DNA of 64,000 bases from Orbicella franksi (Eukaryota): the NCBI GenBank assembly GCA_964199315.1, contig OZ116706.1, positions 2,232,001 through 2,296,000 of the forward strand. The letters run 5' to 3'. Under the pieces are notes generated by a model. The model did no database searches and was not told the DNA's origin. It saw only the letters and a program-made list of their open reading frames with translations. A program made the position numbers and the translations under genes. Of this stretch, positions 12,633 to 36,500 are shown one piece after another (the first letter of the stretch is position 1; every line of letters starts with the position of its first letter).

Positions 12633-14797
12633 GTTTGGCTGAAATAGCAGACGGCCGACTGTTCTAAAGAGGTTACGTCATAATTCAGACGTGTGACATT
12701 CATAATTAGATCGCATTTGCTTGCTCAAATAATTCACGCGCACCTTGCAATATGTCTGTAGCAGCCTGCGTTTTGCGTTCCCGTACAAAGACCTTTACCC
12801 ACACTCTAGCCGCGCGCAAATTGAAGCGGGAGAAAAAAAAATTGAGAAGCAGCAATTTGCGCGCGGCCAGACTGCGGGAAAGGCCCGGGAACGCTTGCTA
12901 TGCAGGCGTTCAATAGTGGTTACCAGTATTTCAGAACCTGTTAGCCGCCGTATTCTGGACAGGTTAGTGTCTCCTGCGGTACTGTGCCTTTTTTTTTTTC
13001 GCAAGATTAACATTAATTCTATTCCTTTTTTTGGATAACCTTCAAATAAGCCTGTCAGAACGGAGGATTTGCGTGGGTCACTGTCGGTTTGAGTAGTTAG
13101 TGCACACGTTGCACGGGTTGCTCCAAGGAACGGGCAATTTTATTTTAAGGGAGCAGGGGGGAGTGATGGTAATTCCTGCACGAGAACTAGCGAAGAAAAA
13201 AAATCGCGCTATCGTTCTTTATTAGAGTATCGCTAAAAGTTCTCGACAATCTACGACCTACTTATCCAAAAGAAATCTAACCAAAAATTAAGACAACAAA
13301 TTCAGTGTGCAAGCTTCGCTCTTTATTCTCGAAGCGCTTGTCCCTGGAGATAGGTTTATGCAGCAACACTGTCTGGGTAAGTTCTTACAAAATCAACTGT
13401 TAAGTCCCCCACCCTGTACACTTCAAGGGTACATACAGAGCTATGATCTCTCTGTCATCATAAACGTATTCACATTCGACGCAAAGCAATACCACATCTT
13501 AACGTAAAAATTTGCCTCCGAGTTAAATAACTACAGTAAAATAAATTATGATAATTACAGCTACGACGGGATCTGTGTTAAAATGGTTTGTTCTGCCGCG
13601 ATACAGTTAGAACCCCAGGTTATACTATGCAATATATTTACAGTTAAACTTCTCAAAGCACAAATGATATTGAGAACTTTTTTGCATGGAAGATAGTACA
13701 GAATGATAGCCTTCCGCGTTCAACAAAACACATCGTACTTTGAAGCACAGCGCTAGCATTCTCAACCAATACAGAAAGAAAGATTAGCCTAGAGGCTGTA
13801 CATTCACATCACCATCCCTCGGGGGATCCCCAGGGTTCCAGAGGTATCAGAATTTACGGTATACAGTACTTTCTTCTCTTACATAAAATATAGGATCACA
13901 GTTTTCAGTTTTCTACTGCAAGGTATGAGCTAAAGAAAACAGAAAATATACGTGGACAGTGTTTTTTGAATCAGCAGTATGAAGCTCGGCTTGGTAGTTA
14001 GTTGGTTCTTAATAAACGAGCAATGTACGACACTAAATTAAAAATAACCTCACTCAAAAGAACAAGGCCCAGGCAGCGTCACACTGGTAACCAATTAGGT
14101 TCTTTTTCACGACTGTATCACGAAGTATCCGCCTCAGAATTGAGTCAGAGTCGATGACAACAATACATGAGTTATTCTAAGAAAACCGATCTGGGCGCTG
14201 ACAACTGCGGGCTCAGATCATCTCTTTCTACCCTTAGGGTACCTATTCTACAACTGACATTGGATTCGCAGCCGAGCTACCTAATTCGAAAAAATAAAGG
14301 GTGCTCCGAAAATCTTTCAGGCCTATTGTGAAGCCAGAGGGCTTACAATAGGTAATATAGATAATATACAGCTCTCTTTGTACGATAAAATAACATACGC
14401 GTTGTCGATAATAGAACAGACAAAAACATCGCTAGATCGCTCACGGTCACAAAAAGAAGGCAAATTAGTGCAACGTTTGTGAAAGAGGAATTTCATGGAC
14501 AGCACAGCTGGAAAAAATAGTCTTGATAAATTTATCAAATCATTATTGCTCTCAATTTTGCTCACTCTTAACCGTCGTCTTGGTCTACCTCTTTGGCGTT
14601 TATTTACGGCTATCGTGAACTATTTTTCCGGTTAAAGATTTCTTTGCTGTGAAGGTAATTTTGTACGTTACAAAAACAAAGTAAACAAAAACCGATAACT
14701 TAATATTCCGTGTTATAACTGTTAAGGCTGGTTTTCACTATCGCATAAGCATAAGTACAAGTGTAAGCCGACATTCGCAGACACAGTAAGATGTTGA

Positions 14798-15067
14798 TAG
14801 AGTGGTTTTCACAGGAGTGTCGAAAAATATTGTTTTGAACTACTACGCCACACGATTGGCTTAAAAAACTCGCGCCACTTTTTCATCCAATCAGAATAAA
14901 CACCAACACCCATCGCGACTCGTTCGTACAAGTTTTCCCGTGCTTCGCGTCAGCTACATATAATTACTTTGAGTTTTTGATTGGTTCACTGCGTTGTCTG
15001 TCCTTTGTGATTGGCCACAGTGATTACTTTGGCTTTGTTTAACAACACTCGATTGAAAACCGCTCTA
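14798..15067. mobile_element. MITE
   Basis: TIRs TAGAGTGGTTTTCA...TTGAAAACCGCTCTA; related degenerate copy at about 61300-61510. Confidence 0.65.
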
Positions 15068-15324
15068 ATTGGCGCCTTCTATAAGGACAACAAAAGGCGC
15101 TACTTGAAAGCACCCTTACTACGTTTGAGTATGTTGCAAATTCTTATGCTTCTGCGCAAGTGAAAAACAAACCTTGAACGTGTCCAGCTGCGGCGACTTG
15201 AAAATCCAAACTGTAGGAAGCACCGTTAGAACATTTTCTACTTTACTACCGAGAGCGTTCACTGTTCATAGGAGTTTCTGTCTGAATAAAATAAGTGTAA
15301 TTTTGTTTGTATTGGGTATTTATA

Positions 15325-28228
<12,904 letters not shown>

Positions 28229-28542
28229 GTTGTTGTTATACGGGCCATCACGAAAAGACAATGAATTTACCCATAAGCTACTGCGTTGTTTGCTTTTCGC
28301 TTTGCGCGCCGAGATGATCGAATCAATCGCTTCTCGAAAAATAATCGGAAAATCGATAATCACTCGAGCTTGAATTGGGTGATGTAAGATTTCTACTTCT
28401 TTCGCCGGTGAAGAGCTTGCAAAAGTATTCTTAAATCCTTGCAATCGAAAGAGTTTATACGGGAAGATTTGCTTTCCGTTTTTAACTATAGCGGGAAGGA
28501 AGTGAAAGAACTTCTTCTTCCGTCTTAGCTTTGAACGCGAAA
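28229..28542. promoter_or_regulatory. Probable bidirectional promoter shared by HCFC1 and CDC123
   Basis: Only 314 bp separate the two divergent ATGs; GGAAG/CTTCC ETS-like motifs at about 28495-28525. Confidence 0.6.
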
Positions 28543-29559
28543 ATGAAACGAGAACACGTGTTGAGCTGTAATTTTTCAGTGTGGTACCCCAAGTTCAAGA
28601 ACATTACGATCAGAAGTCGGGTAATTCCTCTTTCGAAGGAGTTTGTTGATTATTTAAAGGCTGATAACGTTGTTTTGCCTGGTCAACCTGTCGTCACGAG
28701 AGATTCAGACGAAGAAATCGAGAGCGACTCCGAAGAATGGCAGGCTTTGGACGAAGATCCAAACGAACACACGATCACAGCTCCCGAATTCAATGAAATT
28801 GATTCTGCAATCAAAGAAGCTATAATTGAATTAGACGGGGCTGTCTTCCCTAAATTGAACTGGAGCTCTCCACTGGACGCTTCTTGGATTTCTTGTGATG
28901 GAACACTGAAATGCAAGTGTCCAAATGACATCTATCTTCTACTCAAGAGCTCTGATAACATATGCAGAACACTCTTTGAAACTTTCAAGCACTGTGAAGA
29001 TGGAGAAGGAGCGTTGGAGAATGGCTTTGAGCTTGTACTTCGGAAATGGAAGGATATCAATCCAGGAATGGAATTCCGGTGTTTTGTGAAAGACCACAAG
29101 CTGATTGCGATCTCCCAAAGAGACATTGCAAGCTGTTATGAATTCATTGAACAAACTGAACAGGATATTTGCAGTGATATAGCAAACTTTTTCAAGAGCA
29201 AAATTGCTTATAAATTTCCTGACAGTTCTTACACATTTGATGTGTACAGATCTGCAGGTCAGAAGGTTTTACTGATCGATTTTAATCCATTTGGGGCTCA
29301 AACAGACCCCTTGTTTTTCACATGGGATGAACTCAGCGATCCTTCCATGTCCGTCAGTGATAATGATGATGAGTTTAAAGGTGTGTTTAAGTACGTAACA
29401 AGTGCAGGAGGGGTGCAGCCTCATGCATCTCACTTAAGCAGAATGCCAACTGACATTGTTGATTTAGCCTGTGGCAATGACATCAATAAATTAGTTGATC
29501 TTCTGAATTTAAGAAATTTGATTGGACGTTCTGGCGATGAATCAGATGAGGACCAATGA
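28543..29559 (+). CDS. CDC123: Cell division cycle protein 123 (ATP-grasp eIF2 assembly factor), single exon, 338 aa
   Basis: [83 protein letters not shown]; uninterrupted ORF. Confidence 0.96.
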   Translation: MKREHVLSCNFSVWYPKFKNITIRSRVIPLSKEFVDYLKADNVVLPGQPVVTRDSDEEIESDSEEWQALDEDPNEHTITAPEFNEIDSAIKEAIIELDGAVFPKLNWSSPLDASWISCDGTLKCKCPNDIYLLLKSSDNICRTLFETFKHCEDGEGALENGFELVLRKWKDINPGMEFRCFVKDHKLIAISQRDIASCYEFIEQTEQDICSDIANFFKSKIAYKFPDSSYTFDVYRSAGQKVLLIDFNPFGAQTDPLFFTWDELSDPSMSVSDNDDEFKGVFKYVTSAGGVQPHASHLSRMPTDIVDLACGNDINKLVDLLNLRNLIGRSGDESDEDQ

Positions 29560-30469
29560 AAGTGGAAAATGGAAAAATGTACTACTGCACAGTCTAGACT
29601 GAAAAGAATGTCATGTAGATTTCATTTGCACATCATTTAAATTAAGCTTTTAACAAGAGAGGTCATGTAATATACATGTACTGGTGAGGCATCCTGAAAG
29701 TTTCACAAATGCTTGAATACTGTAATTCTTGATAAAAATTACTGAAACATTGCATGAAAAATAAATTTTGTCCAATACTGCAAACCTTAATGTCCCCAGT
29801 AAGGTCTTCTGTCACATTTGACAAGACTGTAGCTGTTGAAAAGAGAAATAAAATTATGTTTTAAACACAAGAATAAACTCCTTTGTTAGGGTATTAGTCT
29901 CCTTCGCAGCTGTTATTAGGGTCGTCACACAACGCTTCTCCCCCACTAACTATATGATACCTTGGGAAATAGCTGAAACTCTTCATGGTTATTGATAGTT
30001 CAGTTCTTGCTTTCTATCCATCATCCAACAATATGCTCCTGCTCCTATTCTCGTCCACAATGACTCTCTCACAATTACAAAAGTTCTCACTTGCATTCAT
30101 TTTGCAGATAGGTCTTTTTATTATATAGAAATGCATAGTTTACTGGAAAATACACCACTCTAAAACTATGAAACTACAGCCCCCATATCTGGGACCTGAG
30201 TGGCATATTTAAATCAGATCTCATTAGTGAGGATATTAATGATGTCATTTCCTATCTTTTCTCTTTTGTTTGTGCAGACAGTCAGTTCTTCCATACATTA
30301 AAAAGAAAATTACACAGTGGTTTGAAAATAAGAATCTTATTTTCTCGTGTTAAAAACAACATTGTACTCACTCGCTGTGCTCTTTCTTAAAATATTATTT
30401 CCATCACTCGCAAATAATTTTCATATCTCTGTGCCACCCCTAAAGTAACTCCAAACGAGTAGGACTGGA

Positions 30470-30501
30470 GCTGACTGATTGGCCATCTTCCACTATTCAG
30501 A
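30470..30501 (+). promoter_or_regulatory. Candidate proximal promoter/5' region of the RtcB gene (reverse CCAAT box and YY1-like motif)
   Basis: TGATTGGCCATCTT about 20 bp upstream of the ATG at 30502; motif match only. Confidence 0.3.
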
Positions 30502-33500
30502 ATGTTTCGATGGAAGGTTTCTCATTTCCTCAGTTTGCCAAGTGAGAGTAAGCAACTGAGTTCTTTGATCAGGAGAGGAATTGCGATCAGAAGGAGTTTG
30601 AGTTATGTGACTCTTGGCGAAGGAAAGAACGTAAGATATGGTTCTAAAATAGCTAAAATGTAGCGCTGTTTACGTGAGTTCAATTTGTAAACAATATCAC
30701 GTTTTTCACTAGACAGCAATAAGCTAACCTCACTTACAACGATTAAGCTGTCACTTCCAATAGGGCACTGCAGAGGCATTGTAATACATTTTTATCCGTC
30801 ATAATTACGGCAAACTTACGTATAAATCCTGAAATACCCCGTTTGTTAGTACTCACTTTATGGACAAATCTCTGTGAAAGACTTACTTGTCAGAGCAAAG
30901 TCCCTGGGCCCCTGGCGGGGGGAGGGAACCCCCTGAAAAATTGGGTGGCGGTGTGCGGCGCGCTTCCCAAAACCCTTGCCCCATTTATGACCATAATCTG
31001 CTATTTTCCCTTTCCTATTCATGACCTGACTAAAAATTTGATACCCTATTTATGGCCATTGCGGCTAGCACAGTTGCTCTAAACATAATTTACGAAGGGC
31101 TTTTGTTGATGGCAGTTTTGTAATTCCACATGTGAAATTATAAATTAACACTGAAACTTTGCGCCAAAATTAAGGAGTAATTTTTCACCCATGATATTGA
31201 AGGAATAATATAATGTGTATTTGCCACTTTCCTTAGTTGTTTTAAAGCTTTCTAAGTATTAAAGTACTTTGTTTGGTAGAAAGGTGTACCAGTTAAAGCA
31301 TGGGTAAAGGGTGTTCCTGTTGAAAAAGATGCCACAGATCAACTGCTGTCTTTGGCGAAGTTGCCAATCATCCACTCGCATGTGGCAGCCATGCCTGATA
31401 TGCATCTTGGGAAGGGTGCATGTGTTGGTTGTGTCGTTGCTACAGTTGATGCAATTATTCCTGCCGCAGTTGGGGTGGTAAGTACGAACTTTCATGAACA
31501 ATGATATACAAGCTTTAGGTTTCTGTCTGGACTGTATGGCTATACAGGATGTTAGTCAGTTAGGGACAAATCCTCAGACTCCTCAAGTCATAGTAGATGT
31601 ACAAAATGAGGCTGATAAAGTAGAACCCAGTGATCGAAGATCTTTTAAACATATCCTTTGGCTAATAAAACAGATTTATTGAGGGTATTCTATCAATAAA
31701 TGCAAAAAATTAAAAGCCATCTTTGTATTCTGAAGCTCTTCTATCCAGTCATGGCCAGAAACTTATTTGCATGGTACATGTTTGTCATGTTTAATTATAA
31801 AGGACCAAAGTCATCATCATCATCACAACATGGTGTTATGACACCAATAGTGCGAGTACATGTCCCGCCATTGTGCCCTGTATGCTGCCATGGACTCAAG
31901 ATCTTGATCCGTTCCATTCCATTCCATTCCATTTCATCCTAGTTTAGCATCACGTTCCACAGCATCTCTCCATCGAGCGTGACACCTTCCACTTCTTTGC
32001 TTCACATTCTCAGGCCTCCATTGTTGGGAAATCTTTGTTGACCCATAAAGGACCAAAGCTATTGTTTAGAAATTGTGGACATGAAATGTTGCATAAGATG
32101 ATAATAGTTTTGTTAAGTTTCCTTTAAAGGATTATACTTGCATAAATTTTGCCAAGCAGAAGCTGTGATGAGAAATAAAGTTTTAAAAGAAATGTTTGGC
32201 AATCATTTAAAGGAGCACACACTTCTCAAGGACAGATAAAATTTAGCTTTTCGTTCACTTTTTAACTAAAGGACATTGGATGTGGAATGATGGCAGTTAG
32301 GACAACAATGTCAGCAGAACATCTGCCAGATTCACTGAAGAACCTTCGAAGAGCCATTGAACAAGCTGTACCACATGGACGAACCAATCAGGTGCATTGT
32401 AAAATACATATATTATCATATTTCCTTTATTGTCATTCTTGATACATTGTGCAGTTCCAGAAAATTTCCATACTCCCTCCACAGAAGGGATTACAATTTC
32501 CTGGGGGCTTGGGGATTCTGTAAGACCAAAAAATTAAAGATTGTCATGTATGATGCCTAATTATTGAAATTTCCAGAGGGATGAGGGGGATCTTTTAAAA
32601 AATCCCTTCTGTGGGGGAGGTATGGATAACTTTTGGAACTACGCATTTTTATGATCAACATCTTATTTCTCTTAACAATGTCCACACACTGTCAAGTTGG
32701 CAAATGATGAGCTGTATTTCCTGTAATGGATCATGTAGAGAGGCTCCACCTGAAAGGATTTTTTAAGGGGAGAGGCTGGAGGTATACAAATGGGCTGGGA
32801 ACAAAATGATTTAAGTATAGCAGGGGTTACAAATACACCAAATTTGGTGTATTTTAGATGAAAAAGTTGTCTGTGAGTCCAAAGAATTTCTAAAGAGAGT
32901 TACTTTGACTTTAATGTAGAGTCCAGAAATGTGTAGTAGAATTTTTTTTCTGCCAGTCAAAATTTTAATGATTGTTGGATTAAAAAAAAAATTCTTAATT
33001 GACCACTCCCCCAAAGGTGTTTGTAAGTGCCAATGGAAACAAATGATGAAACAAATACAATGTCAAAGGAACATAACATGGTTAAAAATCTCAACTAGTA
33101 GGAGGCGGACCAGTTAGCTATTTACAAGCACGGCCGAGGAGTTGAACTCGGGACTACTGAGGACAACATCAGCCAGTGGTCAGAATGGGACTTAAATCCC
33201 AGACCTCCGCATTTCAAGTCCTGTGCCCAAACTACATGTAATTGACCACGCTGCCTCCATTTGCATCATTTGAATGAAGTTTGTCCATTGCTGTTTGTGT
33301 AACACATTTGCTACTGCTTGTTGTTTCAGCCACAATGTTTGATTGTAATCATTTTGCAACAGTTCAATCTCCTTTGTATGCATTTTCATCTAATGGTGAC
33401 ATGAATTACCCACCTTCCATGACCCTGCATTTTCAAAATTGTCTACAAAATTTGTGGAGAAGGAGTCAAAGCATGAAAGGGACTACAAAGGGTAAGAAAA

Positions 33501-36500
33501 GATCTAAACCCTGCTATAGAGAAGGGTCGGGAAAATTAAAACATACATTGGTATTTAAAAGGGCTTTTAATGGTGTAGGAAATGGATGCAGTATTTTTCA
33601 AGATATGTGAAAGGTTTATCCATTCATTTTCCATGAAAGGTACATTAAAGGGTTCCTTTTTCTGTCAAACATAGTATATAAAATAATGGAAAAAGATTTG
33701 GCTGTTCCCTGTATAAAACTTTGTTCAGCAGTGCTCTACTCCCTTTGACTGGGGTTATGTGTCACATTAGCATGACAAAGACTGGTGGTTTAACTCAGGG
33801 TTAAAACCTAACTCTTAATTTTGACCTCAGGGTGGCAAAGGTGATCTTGGAGCCTGGAAGGCAAGCGGCATTCCAGACTCTGTTGTGACAGAGTGGAATA
33901 AACTAAAGAAAGAATATGAATACATCTGTAGTCGACAACCCATGGCCAAGGCAAAGAACAATGCTAATCATCTGGGAACTCTAGGCACAGGAAATCACTT
34001 CATTGAGGTAATTATGTCGTTTGGGTTAATATACAATGTTGTTGTCAACATTGTTTTGTTCCAGAAAATATCTATACCCCTCCCACTAAGGATGTTTTGG
34101 TTTGAACCCCCCACCCTATCCCCCTGGAAATTCCAGTTTTGATTCACAATTTCTTTTGAAAATTTTGGCTCTTGCTACCCCCCTCCTCCTTGGAATTTTC
34201 AATAGAGAGCTTAAGAAATGATGATGGTGATGTCAGGGACGACACCTGGAAAAAAAATGATTTTATATTTTACCATGGAATTATCTAGATCTGCTCACTA
34301 CTTCATGTGGTCTTAATCCCTACTCAAGCTAAAGATGTAATGCCAGTGATCAATTCCATAAGAAAATACAAAAAAAATTAGCCATTGTGGTTCATGTTCT
34401 CAAGATATGCAAAATTTGGTCATTTCACGTTGTTGTTTTGCCGAGGATGGTTATGAAATGTAGAATAATTTATAACACACTGCATAACAATTGTTCTGCT
34501 TATTAAACCTTTTGTTTAGTGAGGTTGTCATTGCAGTTGCTGTTGTGGTTTGTTTAAACTTCCTAATAATCCTCCTTTGGGTGGGGGTGTGGGTATTTTC
34601 TGGAAGCACACATTATGATGATTAGGTTTCCTGGCAGTAAAGCAGCTGGCATGTGAATAATATTGCTGATGAGTTCTGAATGATGCTTCAGTGAAATTAT
34701 GCGAGATACAGTAGCTCACAAGACACCCAACAGAACAGTAAAACAGTATGTCGTCAATGATAGGATCTCCCTAGAAAGTGAAAACTGTCACTCTTTTAGG
34801 ACTGGCATTTTTTCTTTGAAATTTATCTCAACTGTTTTTAATTCTCTTTAAGATGTGTCTTGACGAGGAGGACATGGTGTGGTTCATGCTGCATTCAGGG
34901 TCACGTGGGCCAGGGAACAGGATTGGAACAGTGTACATTGAGCTTGCCAAGAATGACATGCTGAAACTAGACAAACAAGTAAAGGTATAAGCACTTTTTC
35001 AAAACTAATATCTCACTGTTATAATGTGGAAGGTACAATAACTATGACATTTGTCTAAAAGGTTGATGGTTTGCATGTAACGTTTCGTGCAACGTATTTC
35101 GCAGTTTTGTGGCTCTGTTACGGGGCAAAGTTAGTCAAATTGTGCAAAATGTTTCTAATTTGTCCAACCTACAAATATTTGTAGCAGCATTGCAAAGAGA
35201 GGGCCTGGGGGGCCGCCATTTTGTTCACAACGGTATACTGCTAGGCTACTCACTATCTACTAAACAATTCTATGAGGTAATAGTTGATGAGGCCGAGGGC
35301 CGAATCAACTATCACCTCATAGAAATCGAGAGCAAATAATGCAATTGTTTTAGTAGAATTCTAATTAGACTTTCCTTCAAATAACGATTCCAATTATTTC
35401 TGGTCTCAGTATTAAACTTCACGCTTTAGAGAGTTCGCGCGGACTGAATGGTCAATTTGGCATTTGCAGTTGTGTACGCGCTTATCAGCTTCTTTCAAAA
35501 ATTTCGAGCTTTTTTAATTCAAGAAACCGTAAATGTCCTCCTTTTAGTCTTCTCAGGAGTTTGAGTATCTATTTATTTCTAAATGTTCTTTCAAAACTTC
35601 GGAGAAACAAGGAAACGTTGCAATTTTGTCGACCACACCAAGCCACTGCACACTAATGGTCGATAGTGTGCAATGGCTTAGCCAATCAGATTGTAGCATT
35701 CGCATTAGTATCCTACATAAAAGAATTCTACTAAAACAGAATAGATAGTGAGTAGCGTAGCCAATCAGAGAACGGCATTGGTGACTGAATGCTATTGGCA
35801 TTATACTAAAGAGGATTGTCTCGTGATAACTGTCATGTATAGATGTACCACGTGACTTGAATATGGAGTGCAAGGATAAAAATGTGCAAGGAAAAAAATA
35901 AATAGGGGTTATTAAAACTTTTGATGACTTTTGAAGGTGAGAAGTTTGTATGGTTTGTTTCATTTTATCCTTCCCAGGTTGAAAAAGATCTAGCATACCT
36001 CAGTGAGGGCTCAAAGAACTTTGAAGACTACGTATTTGCAGTGACATGGGCGCAAAAATTTGCTCGTATCAACCGCTACATAATGATGTCCAATGTACTC
36101 AGAGCGGCGCATGAATGTGCAGATATGCCGCCATTTGATGTGGATCCATCGAGCAAGGCTGTCAATTGTCATCACAACTACGTCAAGGTGGAAACGCATT
36201 TCGGAAAAGAAGTGTTTCTAACGAGGAAAGGAGCAGTAAGTTAGTTGTAATGCTCAAGTGAAGGATGTAGCGATGTTGCTAGTCTCAATGAATTTAAGTG
36301 TGCCCTGGTAGAACTGCATCGCAAGTAATAGTTCTTGTTTGCACGCAAAAGGAATCTGGCGTCGAGTATTTAGATGTATCTCAAGCGAGACCCCAAGTTT
36401 TCTAATTTTGCGTATTCAGACCTTTCAGTTTTCGTCTCGAGTCCCTTAATGAGACAACGAGCCTGAGTTTTCTGAGACCGGATAATGAACGAGGCGCTGC

